In this document: one piece after another, positions 9,940-19,341 of the stretch
Numbering within the stretch: the stretch's first letter is position 1
How the letters are laid out: each line of letters begins with the position of its first letter
From: Acidimicrobiia bacterium
GTDB lineage: Bacteria; Actinomycetota; Acidimicrobiia; Spongiisociales; Spongiisociaceae
Direction: 5' to 3'
Assembly (NCBI GenBank): GCA_041576165.1
Contig: JBFGLM010000009.1
Span: 32,001 to 96,000 of the forward strand
Length of the DNA: 64,000 nt
Made by a program: the position numbers and the translations under genes
The notes under the pieces: model-generated
The model's input: the letters and a program-made list of their open reading frames with translations, nothing else
The model's database searches: none
Told to the model about the DNA's origin: nothing

Positions 9940-11777
9940 TCGGCTGGCGGGGCGACGTCGACGATCGAGATGGACATCGTGTAGGTGCCGGCGCCTCCGG
10001 TCAGGAAATGGGGCCACAGGATCACACCCTGAAAGACGTCGGTGAAGCCCTGCTCGGTGCGCACCGCAGTGACCAGGGGAGCGTAGAACATGGCGCCGGG
10101 CAGACGGAGGTCGATCACCACCTGGGTGCCGCGTCCGGTGTGCTCGAACCGGAATCGATGCCCGGTGATTGCCCCGGAGTCTTGGAGGTCGAGCCAGTCG
10201 CCGCCATCGACTCGAAGACGGGCGGCACCTTCCCATACCGCCACGGGCAGCTCGGGGCCGAACCGTCCCGCCGGAGCTTCCTCGATCTCGTAGGTCAGCT
10301 CGAGCTGCCGGTCACGGGCGGTAAGCGACTTGACCAGCTTCCAGTCCCCGGTGGCGGCCATCCGCACTCGCACGGAGCCGCGGGAGGACTCCGCGGTTTC
10401 CAGCTCGAATCGGGCTGGGCCAGCATGCGGTTCGAACAAGGCGGAAGGTTTGGCGTCCATGCCGGTCGAGCGGTCGATGAGCCATTGTCGCTCCAGATCG
10501 TCGAACTGCTCGGTGTCCGAGTGATAACGCTCCTGGTGCCGGGCTACCACATCCGCCACGCACCAGCCGCTTGGTTTGTCGTCGTAGTAGTGCAGCGCGC
10601 CGCCCCGATGGAGGACCCAGCTCTGGTCTGGCAACTCGACGTGAATCTCCTCCTCGCCGTCGGCATCCCAGTCTTTGACCGTGAGGTCCGACCAGGTCCT
10701 GGTCCGGCGGCCGGAGTCGACGGCCCGCCGGGCCGCCAGCAGGCGCTCGTTGACGGCTGACCGGAGATGCGGCAGATAGATGCCGCCATATGCGCCGTGC
10801 CAGTAGGCGTCGTTGGTCTGGGCCGCCAGGACGTGTTCGACCGCTTCGGCCGTGAGTTTGGTGTCGGTGAGCGCCAGCATCCTTCGGTACATCACGTTCG
10901 ATTCGGGATACCGGGTCAGGAACTCTTTCCAGGGTGCGGGCCAGCCGCGCTTCTCAGGGTCAGCGGTCAGCCAGCTGTTCATCTGCGAGTAGCTGCCAGC
11001 GCCGAGCGCCACTCGCTGCGTTGGCAGGTCCGCGGCTTCGGTCGGCTGCAGCACTTCGATCCAGTCCTGCGTCGTCACGGCCTCGAACAGGTCACGCAGC
11101 CATCCGTGGCGGTAGACCCGTTCATGGGTCCCCTCCCAGGCACCGAACTTCTCGCCGTCGTCGGCAGCCACAACCAGCGCGTCGGGATCACTGTCATGGG
11201 CCTCGCGCAACCGCTGAAGGATCTCGTCGACATCGGACCCCGGGAGCATTTCCCGGAGCCGGCGGCTGATCGGCAGCACCCGCAGGGTGCAACCGAGATG
11301 GTCCACGGCGGCCGGAATGGTCGGTTCGGCGCCTGCAACCTCAAACAGGGTCTCGTCGAGCAGGGTGTAGCGGATCCCCGCGTCATGAAGGAGCCACGCC
11401 AGCGTTGGTTCCCAGACCCGCTCGGCCAGCCAGATGCCGGTGGGTGTCTGCTGGACGACGGATTCGAGCATCTGACGATGACGTTGCAGCTGGCGACGCC
11501 GCCAGCTGTCGGGCAAGACCGGCAGGATTGGATCATGCATGCCCCCGCCGATGAACTCGATCTGTTCGGTCGATCCGTACAGCTCCTCGATCAGGTCTGT
11601 CCGGTGAGTTTGTGCCCAGTCGAGGAGCGTTCCGCTGTAGTGGGCGCCGATCCGCATCGCGGGAACCGCGGCGAGCGTCTCCAGCAACGGCATATACGCA
11701 TCGTCCACGATCCGGTCGATGACCGAATCGAGGTTGCCGGTGGGTTGATGGCAATGGACCACGAAAACGAACTTCAC
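9936..11777 (-). CDS. GH57 4-alpha-glucanotransferase/alpha-amylase with C-terminal beta domain
   Basis: HCHQPTGN, GIWLAERVWEP (catalytic E), DDGEKFGAW (catalytic D), AQTNDAYWHGAYGGIYLPHLR. Confidence 0.88.
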   Translation of the reverse strand: MKFVFVVHCHQPTGNLDSVIDRIVDDAYMPLLETLAAVPAMRIGAHYSGTLLDWAQTHRTDLIEELYGSTEQIEFIGGGMHDPILPVLPDSWRRRQLQRHRQMLESVVQQTPTGIWLAERVWEPTLAWLLHDAGIRYTLLDETLFEVAGAEPTIPAAVDHLGCTLRVLPISRRLREMLPGSDVDEILQRLREAHDSDPDALVVAADDGEKFGAWEGTHERVYRHGWLRDLFEAVTTQDWIEVLQPTEAADLPTQRVALGAGSYSQMNSWLTADPEKRGWPAPWKEFLTRYPESNVMYRRMLALTDTKLTAEAVEHVLAAQTNDAYWHGAYGGIYLPHLRSAVNERLLAARRAVDSGRRTRTWSDLTVKDWDADGEEEIHVELPDQSWVLHRGGALHYYDDKPSGWCVADVVARHQERYHSDTEQFDDLERQWLIDRSTGMDAKPSALFEPHAGPARFELETAESSRGSVRVRMAATGDWKLVKSLTARDRQLELTYEIEEAPAGRFGPELPVAVWEGAARLRVDGGDWLDLQDSGAITGHRFRFEHTGRGTQVVIDLRLPGAMFYAPLVTAVRTEQGFTDVFQGVILWPHFLTGGAGTYTMSISIVDVAPPAE

Positions 11778-11789
11778 CAGCGGCCTCGC

Positions 11790-12098
11790 TCAGCGTTTCC
11801 AACGGGTGAGGAGCCACACCACGAAGCCGACCGCCGCGCCCCACAGGATGAGTTGGGGGCGTAACAGCAACACGAGCGCCGGAATCCCAATCGTGGCCCA
11901 CGTGCGACGATTCACGCGCCGGAGGTTGGGCAGTACCAGCCAGATCGCACCGAGGATGATCCCCGCCCGCAACACGATGCCGGGCCAACCGGGTTCGGAC
12001 TGGGTGACCATGCCAACTCCACCCGCCACCACCAGTCCGAGCGACAGCACGCCGAGGATTCGGCGCTCCAGATCTCCAGCAGTGGTCTCCGACGACAC
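11790..12098 (-). CDS. small membrane protein
   Basis: Several hydrophobic segments; TACCAT -10-like hexamer 6 nt before GTG 12098; stops just upstream of the GH57 gene. Confidence 0.6.
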   Translation of the reverse strand: MSSETTAGDLERRILGVLSLGLVVAGGVGMVTQSEPGWPGIVLRAGIILGAIWLVLPNLRRVNRRTWATIGIPALVLLLRPQLILWGAAVGFVVWLLTRWKR

Positions 12099-12171
12099 GG
12101 GACGATGGTATCCGGGTTTCGGGCGAGCCGGTTGCTCACCTCGACGGAGAAGGTCGTACACTCTCCGGACC

Positions 12172-12471
12172 ATGCCCATCGACATTGATATCGCGCACGT
12201 AGCGCGTTTGGCCCGCCTGGGACTGAGCGACGAAGAGCTCGCCAAGTACGGCGAGCAGTGCAGCCACATCCTCGAGCATGCAGCCCGGGTCCAAGCTCTC
12301 CCGACCGAGGGAGTGGAACCCACCGCGCATCCGCTACCGATGGTGAACGCGTTTCGCGATGATCAGATCAGGCCGGAGACGATGCTGGATCGGGCCGTCG
12401 CGCTGTCGATGGCCCCGGAGGCAGACGACGTCTACTTCAAAGTGCCTCCGGCCCTGGACGACGAGGGATGA
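12172..12471 (+). CDS. gatC: Asp/Glu-tRNA amidotransferase subunit C
   Basis: [10 protein letters not shown]...VEPTAHP...FKVP; precedes gatA. Confidence 0.93.
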   Translation: MPIDIDIAHVARLARLGLSDEELAKYGEQCSHILEHAARVQALPTEGVEPTAHPLPMVNAFRDDQIRPETMLDRAVALSMAPEADDVYFKVPPALDDEG

Positions 12472-13931
12472 CAACGCCTTCGACTATCGTCGCGGCGGCG
12501 GCCGAGCTGCGAACCGGTGAGCTGAGTGCAGTCGATCTGCTCGAGGCGGCGCTGGAACGGGCTGCGCTGACCGAAGCCCACCTCCACGCGTACCTGACTC
12601 TCGATCGCGACAACGCCCGCAGCCAGGCAGAAGCCTCCGACGCGGCAATCCAAGCCGGCGAGGACGCCGGGCCCCTCCAGGGGATTCCCATCGCCCTCAA
12701 GGACAACATGGTCACCGAGGGAGTGGAAACGACCTGTTCGTCGCGGATGCTGTCGGGATATGTGCCGCCCTACGACGCCACCGTGGTCCGGCGTCTGAAG
12801 GCAGCTGGGGCTGTGTTGATTGGCAAGACGAACCTCGATGAATTCGCCATGGGCTCATCCACCGAGAACTCGGCCTACGGCCTGACCCGCAATCCCTGGG
12901 ACACCGAGCGGGTCCCGGGAGGTTCGTCAGGCGGGTCGGCGGCGGTGGTGGCCGCCGGGTCGGCCCTGGCGGCGCTCGGGTCGGACACCGGCGGATCAAT
13001 CCGGCAGCCGGCGGCCCTGTGTGGTGTGGTGGGGTTCAAGCCGACCTATGGCCTGGTCAGCCGGCACGGACTGATCGCGTTCGCTTCGTCGCTGGACCAG
13101 ATCGGACCCCTGACCCGCACTGTGGAGGACGCCTTGCTGGTCTATGAGGCGATCGCGGGCCACGACCCGCTCGACGCCACCTCGTACCGGGGCGACCTGC
13201 CCGACGTGCGGGCCGAATGGGACCGGGGACTGGCTGGCCTGCGGGTGGGCGTCGTGCAGGAGATCTCCAACGATGGGATTGAACCCGAAGTGCTCGAAGC
13301 TTTCCGGCGCACCGTCGACGGTTTGACGGAGGCCGGCGCCAAAGTCGACGAAATCTCGATCCCGGCCGCCGACTATGCGTTGAGCGCCTACTACTTGATC
13401 GCCCCGGCCGAGTGTTCCGCCAACCTGGCCCGCTTTGACGGCGTCCGCTACGGGCTGCGCGAATCGGGGGAGACCGTCGAAGAGATGATGTCTCGGACCC
13501 GGGCGGAGGGCTTCGGCCCCGAAGTCATTCGCCGGATCCTCCTGGGCACCTATGCGCTTTCCGCCGGCTACTTCGACGCCTTCTACGGACAGGCGCAACG
13601 GGTACGGACCTTGCTCCGCAACGAGCTGGCCGACGCGTACGGACGGTTCGACGTGCTGGTCAGCCCGACCAGCCCAGACACCGCGTTCGAGATCGGCGCC
13701 AAGATCGCCGACCCGCTCACCATGTACCTGTCGGACATGTGCACCATTCCCTCCAACCTGTCGGGCGACCCGGCCATCTCGATACCGATCGGTCTCGACA
13801 GCCGGGGCCTGCCGATCGGCTTCCAGGTGATCGCGCCGTCGTTGGGTGAACCGGTGTTGTTCCGGGCGGCTCAGGGCGTCGAGGCCTTGGCCGGCTTTTC
13901 CGCCGTCCCCCGGCTGGTCGAGGAGCTCTGA
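12468..13931 (+). CDS. gatA: Asp/Glu-tRNA amidotransferase subunit A
   Basis: [53 protein letters not shown]. Confidence 0.97.
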   Translation: MTTPSTIVAAAAELRTGELSAVDLLEAALERAALTEAHLHAYLTLDRDNARSQAEASDAAIQAGEDAGPLQGIPIALKDNMVTEGVETTCSSRMLSGYVPPYDATVVRRLKAAGAVLIGKTNLDEFAMGSSTENSAYGLTRNPWDTERVPGGSSGGSAAVVAAGSALAALGSDTGGSIRQPAALCGVVGFKPTYGLVSRHGLIAFASSLDQIGPLTRTVEDALLVYEAIAGHDPLDATSYRGDLPDVRAEWDRGLAGLRVGVVQEISNDGIEPEVLEAFRRTVDGLTEAGAKVDEISIPAADYALSAYYLIAPAECSANLARFDGVRYGLRESGETVEEMMSRTRAEGFGPEVIRRILLGTYALSAGYFDAFYGQAQRVRTLLRNELADAYGRFDVLVSPTSPDTAFEIGAKIADPLTMYLSDMCTIPSNLSGDPAISIPIGLDSRGLPIGFQVIAPSLGEPVLFRAAQGVEALAGFSAVPRLVEEL

Positions 13932-15373
13932 TGGCGGATCACACCGCGGTCATAGGGATCGAAACCCACGTGGAGCTGGCGACGATGTCGAAGATGTTCT
14001 GCGGCTGCCCGACCGATTTCCACGCCGACCCCAACACGAACATCTGTCCGACCTGTCTCGGATTGCCGGGCGCGCTGCCCGTCCCCAACCAGGCGGCAAT
14101 CGAGATGATCATGAAGATCGGCCTGGCACTGAACTGCACAATTGCCGAACACTCGATCTTCCATCGCAAGAACTACTTCTATGCCGACCTGCCGAAGAAC
14201 TATCAGATCAGCCAGTACGACTACCCCGTCTGCGTGGACGGCAGCCTCGACCTGGTCGACGGCAGCTCGATCCGCATCGAACGGGTTCATCAGGAGGAGG
14301 ACACCGGCAAGTCGTTGCACGTGGGCGGCGACGGGCGGATCACCTCGGCCGAATACTCGTTGCTCGACTTCAACCGCTCGGGCATCCCGCTGGTGGAGAT
14401 CGTCACCCAACCCGACATCACCTCGGCGGCGCAGGCTCGCGTTTATGCCCAGACCCTGCGCGACGTGGTGGCGTCGCTGGGTGTCTCCGATGCCAAGTTG
14501 GAAGAGGGCACGATCCGTTTCGATGCCAACGTTTCGATCAAGGATCCGGACGCGTCCGAGCTTGGCACCAAAGTCGAGATCAAGAACATGAACTCGTTCC
14601 GGTCGCTTGAACGCGCCATTGAGTATGAGATCACCCGCCAGGCAGCGCTGCTCGGCGACGGTGGTCGGGTGCTGATGGAGACCCGGCACTGGGACGAGGA
14701 CGCCGGCGTGACCCGGGGGGGCCGGGTGAAAGAGGGCAGCTCCGATTATCGGTACTTCACCGAGCCGGACCTGGTACCGCTCCACATCCCAGCCGAGTGG
14801 ACCGACAAGGTGAGGGCGGCACTCCCCGAGCTGCCCGGCGCCCGACGCGCGCGATATCAGGCGTTGGGTCTCGACGAGCAGCAGGCCACTGTGCTCGTCG
14901 GCACCGATCCCCAGCTGGCGGCGCTGTTCGAGTCCGCCGTCGCAGCTGGCGCTCCCGCTTCGGCAGCGGCGAACTGGGTGACAGGCGAGATCACTGCCGC
15001 GCTGCGGCGCGGCGAGCAGTCGGTGAGTGATACGCCCCTCGATGGGCCCGGGGTTGCAGAGCTCGTTGCGCTCGTGGGCGAGGGAGTGGTCTCCGCCTCT
15101 GCCGCCAAAGACGTGCTGGCCGGGGTGCTGGCGGGAGAGGGAGGTCCCCGAGCTGTCGCTGAGGCGCGCGATCTGATTCAGATCTCGGACTTCGGGGCCC
15201 TGGAAGCGGCCGTTGACGAGATCATCGCCGCCAACCCGGATGAATTCGCCCGCCTGCGGGCTGGGGAACAGAAGCTGATTGGCTTCTTCGTCGGTCAGGT
15301 CATGCGGTCCACCGGCGGCAAGGCCGACCCGGGAGCGGTCAGCGGGATCGTGCGGGACCGGGCCGGGCTCTGA
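13931..15373 (+). CDS. gatB: Asp/Glu-tRNA amidotransferase subunit B
   Basis: IGIETHVEL, CLGLPGALP, RKNYFYADLPKNYQISQ, VEIKNMNSF, DYRYFTEPDL. Confidence 0.97.
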   Translation: MADHTAVIGIETHVELATMSKMFCGCPTDFHADPNTNICPTCLGLPGALPVPNQAAIEMIMKIGLALNCTIAEHSIFHRKNYFYADLPKNYQISQYDYPVCVDGSLDLVDGSSIRIERVHQEEDTGKSLHVGGDGRITSAEYSLLDFNRSGIPLVEIVTQPDITSAAQARVYAQTLRDVVASLGVSDAKLEEGTIRFDANVSIKDPDASELGTKVEIKNMNSFRSLERAIEYEITRQAALLGDGGRVLMETRHWDEDAGVTRGGRVKEGSSDYRYFTEPDLVPLHIPAEWTDKVRAALPELPGARRARYQALGLDEQQATVLVGTDPQLAALFESAVAAGAPASAAANWVTGEITAALRRGEQSVSDTPLDGPGVAELVALVGEGVVSASAAKDVLAGVLAGEGGPRAVAEARDLIQISDFGALEAAVDEIIAANPDEFARLRAGEQKLIGFFVGQVMRSTGGKADPGAVSGIVRDRAGL

Positions 15374-15378
15374 TCCCG

Positions 15379-16017
15379 GTGGGCTGCCGCCGTCCCGTTG
15401 TCTTCGACCTCGATGGGGTGCTGATCGATTCGGAAAGGCTCGCCTGGGATGCGTGGCGCACCGTGCTTGGCCGATACGAGATGTCGGTGAGCGATGAGGA
15501 TTGCGCCACGCTCACCGGCCGTACCGAGCGGGTCGCATATGAGCACTTCGCGGCCCGGGGCGGGCTCCCCGAGTTCGAGCGGTTCTGGGAAGAGATTGCA
15601 GCCGTGACCTTCGAGCTGTTCGATGCACGGCTGACCGCGTACGAGGACGCCGTCGACACCCTTGATTACCTCACCGACCGGGGCTTTCAGGTGGCGGTGG
15701 CCTCGTCGAGCCCTCGGGCGCGGGTCGATCTGTCGTTGCGATTCGTGCAGCTGGACGGCAGGTTTGATTTCGTCGTTGGTGGTGACGAGGTCGCTAACGG
15801 CAAACCAGACCCAGAGATTTTCTTGGCGGCGGCGGCCGGGCTGGGCGTGGCGGCGTCCGACTGCATCGCAGTCGAGGATGCGCCGGCCGGGGTGCAAGCG
15901 GCCAAAGCTGCCGGGATGCGGGTGGTCGCGGTCGAACGCGGCATGTTCAGCCGGGAAGAGTTGTCCGACGCCGACCTGATCGTGCCCCGTCTGACACCGG
16001 CCCCGTTTCTGGACTAG
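15379..16017 (+). CDS. HAD-superfamily phosphatase
   Basis: FDLDGVLIDSE, ASSS, KPDPEIFL, VEDAPAGVQAA. Confidence 0.9.
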   Translation: MGCRRPVVFDLDGVLIDSERLAWDAWRTVLGRYEMSVSDEDCATLTGRTERVAYEHFAARGGLPEFERFWEEIAAVTFELFDARLTAYEDAVDTLDYLTDRGFQVAVASSSPRARVDLSLRFVQLDGRFDFVVGGDEVANGKPDPEIFLAAAAGLGVAASDCIAVEDAPAGVQAAKAAGMRVVAVERGMFSREELSDADLIVPRLTPAPFLD

Positions 16018-16029
16018 AGGAGGCCCACT

Positions 16030-17256
16030 ATGCGGTTCGAACGAACGAAATTCCCCGGCGGGCTCGGACACCCAGTCTCCGCCCGGCTCGATCTGCCGGT
16101 GGACGGTGAGCCGGTTGCTTACGCCATCTATACCCACTGCTTCACCTGCACGAAGAATCTGCGGGCAGTGGGCCACATCGCCAATGCGCTGACGTCGTGC
16201 GGGATCGCAATGCTGCGCTTCGACTTCACCGGCCTCGGCGAGTCGGAAGGGGATTTTGCCGACACCACCTTCACCTCCAACGTCGAGGATGTGCTGGCGG
16301 CGGCCCGTTACCTAGAGAAGAAATTTGCGGCGCCACGGCTGCTCGTGGGCCATTCGATGGGTGGCACCGTGGCGATCCGGGCGTCCCAACAGCTGCCGGC
16401 GGTGGACGCGGTCGCAGTGATCGGCGCGCCGGCCAATCCGGAGCATGTGCGCCGGCATCTCGGGCACGCAGAGGAAACCATCGAGGAACAGGGGGAGGCC
16501 ACCGTCATGCTCGCCGGGCGCCCGTTCCGACTCAAGCGGGCGTTCCTGGAAGACGTCGAAGCGGCGTCGCTCGAAAAGTCAGTGGTCGGCATGCGCCAGA
16601 GCCTGCTGATCCTGCATTCGCCGACGGACAACTTCGTCGGCATCGAGAACGCGAGCGAGCTGTTCATGACGGCCCGGCATCCCAAGAGCTTCGTTTCGCT
16701 CACCGGGGCCGACCACCTTCTGACGGATGACGCCGATGCGGCGTATGTCGGGCAGGTGATTGCCGCCTGGTCCACCCGCTACCTCGGCATCGACCAGGCA
16801 GCCGTCAAAGCTCCCGACTTCACCTCCGACGCGCCGGAAAGCGTCGTTACCGTACGCACCGAAGATGGATTCCGCACCGATGTGATCGCCAATGGCTTTC
16901 CCTTCGTGGCCGACGAACCGTTCGAGCTGGGAGGCACCAATCTCGGTCCCAGCCCGTACGAATACTTGCTCGTGGCGCTGGGTTCATGCACGTCGATGAC
17001 GATCCGCATGTACGCGGATCGCAAGCGGTGGCCTCTCGAGTCCGTGACGGTCCGGCTCACCCACAACAAAGTCCACGCCCGTGATTTTACCGACGTTGAG
17101 AACACGGAAGGCATGGTGGATCACATCACCCGCACGCTCGACCTCGTGGGTGATCTCGACGATGACCAGCGGTCCCGTCTGGTAGAGATCGCCGAGCGTT
17201 GTCCGGTGCATCGAACACTGCACGGCACGGTGGTGGTGGACACCACGCTCGCGTGA
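16030..17256 (+). CDS. bifunctional alpha/beta hydrolase - OsmC family protein
   Basis: HCFTCTK, RFDFTGLGESEG, GHSMGG; C-terminal ADEP..GG.NLGPSPYEYLLVALGSC...CPVHRTL. Confidence 0.92.
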   Translation: MRFERTKFPGGLGHPVSARLDLPVDGEPVAYAIYTHCFTCTKNLRAVGHIANALTSCGIAMLRFDFTGLGESEGDFADTTFTSNVEDVLAAARYLEKKFAAPRLLVGHSMGGTVAIRASQQLPAVDAVAVIGAPANPEHVRRHLGHAEETIEEQGEATVMLAGRPFRLKRAFLEDVEAASLEKSVVGMRQSLLILHSPTDNFVGIENASELFMTARHPKSFVSLTGADHLLTDDADAAYVGQVIAAWSTRYLGIDQAAVKAPDFTSDAPESVVTVRTEDGFRTDVIANGFPFVADEPFELGGTNLGPSPYEYLLVALGSCTSMTIRMYADRKRWPLESVTVRLTHNKVHARDFTDVENTEGMVDHITRTLDLVGDLDDDQRSRLVEIAERCPVHRTLHGTVVVDTTLA

Positions 17257-17304
17257 TCGGTCCGCTTCCCGCCGTTCACGGCCCCCGCCACTATCCTCGC
17301 ACCG

Positions 17305-17505
17305 ATGTTTCAGTTCTTCGCTCAGGTGGGTGACACGGTCAATGAGGCCAGGAGCCTCTTTGCCGAGAACCTGACGCTGGTCATCGCCATCGGCCTGACG
17401 GCACTGGTCGCCTGGTGGATATTCAAGAAGATCTTCAAGCTCGCCCTCTATGCGGGGGTCGCCGGGTTCATCGCCTGGATCTGGTACTTCAACATACGCG
17501 GGTGA
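17305..17505 (+). CDS. small membrane protein
   Basis: 66 aa, two hydrophobic helices, TATCCT -10-like hexamer just upstream. Confidence 0.6.
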   Translation: MFQFFAQVGDTVNEARSLFAENLTLVIAIGLTALVAWWIFKKIFKLALYAGVAGFIAWIWYFNIRG

Positions 17506-17564
17506 TTCCGACGCGATGATGGGGACCTTGGGTCCCCATCATCGCCTGGCACCTTTCGATGGCA

Positions 17565-18623
17565 TCAGCGCCGGTGACGCCTGGTTCCCCCGTCTTTCAG
17601 CTGTTTGCGCTCGGGTGATTCTCGCTCGGCTGGCCGATCTTCGCTCTTGCGGCCCTCGCGTCCAGCCTCTGACCCGTCACGGCCATCGCGTCCAGCCTCC
17701 GAGCCGTCACGGCCGCCCAATTCGTCGCCGTGCCGCCGCTCTCGTGGCTTGGCGTCGGGATCCTGCCGAGGTGGATCGGATTTCTTGGCTTCTGGGTTGG
17801 AAGCGCTGATGCATTCCCGCATGGCCTGACGGTCACCAAGGTGGGATTCGATGCACGTGAGTCTGGTCGTGATCGGCTCGACGAGACGGGCAATCCGCAT
17901 TTGCGCCTTCTCGGAGAGCTCGGCCAGCGCCTCGTCAGTAATGCCGAAAGCCTCCGGCGTGGGAGCGTCGCCGCACGCGGCTATGTCGGGGGGCTCGGGT
18001 TCGTGGAGACGGTCGCCGATCACGCAACGGCGCCACTCGCGGGCGGCAACCCGATAGTCCGCAACGGACTGCAGCATGGCGGCCACCTCCGGTGGAATCC
18101 GGTGAACTACCGGCTTCTCGTCGGGACGATCGGGATGGTCTTTGGCGCTATCGTCGTGGCCGACCATCGTGGTGTCGGTCGTCGTGGTAGCGGTTGGCGA
18201 CGGCTCCTCCTCGTCTGAGGATTGGTCGGAGGCGACGGCCGGCGGCTGGGCCGCGTCGGCCACCTTCGGCTCCGGCAGGCCCAGCGAGGACGTGATTTGG
18301 CTGACAGCGCTGCCGACCTCGGCCGGCAGAACCCCCGCGTAGGCGGCTCCGCCGGTGGCGATCATGAGCGCAGCGGCCACCCCCGCCACCCGGGCGAGAG
18401 CCGTCATCCTCTGGCGCCCGCCGCGGGGCGGCGCGCTCGCCAGCTCAGCGGCCAGGGTGGCGGCCGCAGTGACGTGGCGGGCAGCGGCATCTTCCGCCGG
18501 CGGATGTTCACGCAGGTTGCGGAGCGTTTCGGCGGCGTCGATGAGCTGCTCGTCGTTCGGGTCTATTTCGAGTTCGGCCGCCAGCTCGTCGCGGCCGGTG
18601 CCGTTCCTTGAGTTCTCAGTCAT
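17565..18623 (-). CDS. putative membrane-anchored anti-sigma factor
   Basis: Directly downstream of ECF sigma; one TM helix (VAGVAAALMIATGGAAYAGVLP); low-complexity linker; four Cys in extracytoplasmic part. Confidence 0.6.
   Translation of the reverse strand: MTENSRNGTGRDELAAELEIDPNDEQLIDAAETLRNLREHPPAEDAAARHVTAAATLAAELASAPPRGGRQRMTALARVAGVAAALMIATGGAAYAGVLPAEVGSAVSQITSSLGLPEPKVADAAQPPAVASDQSSDEEEPSPTATTTTDTTMVGHDDSAKDHPDRPDEKPVVHRIPPEVAAMLQSVADYRVAAREWRRCVIGDRLHEPEPPDIAACGDAPTPEAFGITDEALAELSEKAQMRIARLVEPITTRLTCIESHLGDRQAMRECISASNPEAKKSDPPRQDPDAKPRERRHGDELGGRDGSEAGRDGRDGSEAGREGRKSEDRPAERESPERKQLKDGGTRRHRR
17656..17714. repeat. imperfect 30-bp tandem repeat (2 copies) encoding GRDGSEAGR(D/E)
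   Basis: tcgcgtccagcctctgacccgtcacggcca / tcgcgtccagcctccgagccgtcacggcc. Confidence 0.8.
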
Positions 18624-18648
18624 ACATACGGGTAACCGTACGAACCGC

Positions 18649-19209
18649 TCAGGGGGTTACTCCGAATGCTTGCGATCGCTCGCGCAGCCGCTGCAGTCCC
18701 CGACGCTGAGCCGCTTTGACCGCGTTCTCCTTTTTGCCGAGGATCCGGGCCGTCTCGGCAATGCTCAGGTCGGCCACGATCCGCAGCAGCAGCACGTCAC
18801 GTTGGTCGGGCGACAGCCGGGCCAGCAGGGATGCGATTTCGTCTGTGACCAGCACCTCGATCGCCTCTTCCTCTGTGTCTCCGGTCACCACCACGTCGAG
18901 CGCAACGGATTCACGGTCTAGTTTGCGGCGGGCGTCGACGACCCGGTTGTGGGCCATCATGAACAACCACGACCGGAATGACGACTCGTCCCCAGTGAAA
19001 CGGGCGAGGTTGCGGGCCAGATCGGCGAAGACGTCACCGACGACTCCGTCGGGATCGGCCACACCCTGACCGGCAGCGTAACCGCGGATCGGTCCCGCAT
19101 ATCGATCGTACAGTACCGACCAGGCGAACTCGTTGCCTGTGATGGCGCGTTCTAGGAGCTGTTCGAATGTCGCCTGATGCATCCCCGGCATCCGCCTGTG
19201 TGAGGTCAT
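18649..19209 (-). CDS. ECF-type RNA polymerase sigma factor; start may be ~19181
   Basis: Region 2 FRSWLFMMAHNRVVDARRK; region 4 LSPDQRDVLLLRIVADLSIAETARILGKKENAVK. Confidence 0.92.
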   Translation of the reverse strand: MTSHRRMPGMHQATFEQLLERAITGNEFAWSVLYDRYAGPIRGYAAGQGVADPDGVVGDVFADLARNLARFTGDESSFRSWLFMMAHNRVVDARRKLDRESVALDVVVTGDTEEEAIEVLVTDEIASLLARLSPDQRDVLLLRIVADLSIAETARILGKKENAVKAAQRRGLQRLRERSQAFGVTP

Positions 19210-19341
19210 TGGTTACTCGCACGCTAGGCGTTCGAGGTTCACCGACTCCGGGACTTTGGTTTTTGCGGACGGCCCACCGGCTCATGAGAATGCGCTGGTC
19301 CGGTGCGGGACACCGGGCCCAATCCAGTTCCAGGAGCGTTC

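Noticed and set aside
8581-10236. N-terminal extensions of glgA, pgpA (to 22292), permease (to 48868), purB-like (to 58710), OsmC (from 53819)
   Set aside because: They overlap neighbouring genes; better starts with RBS, -10 or stop/start coupling exist
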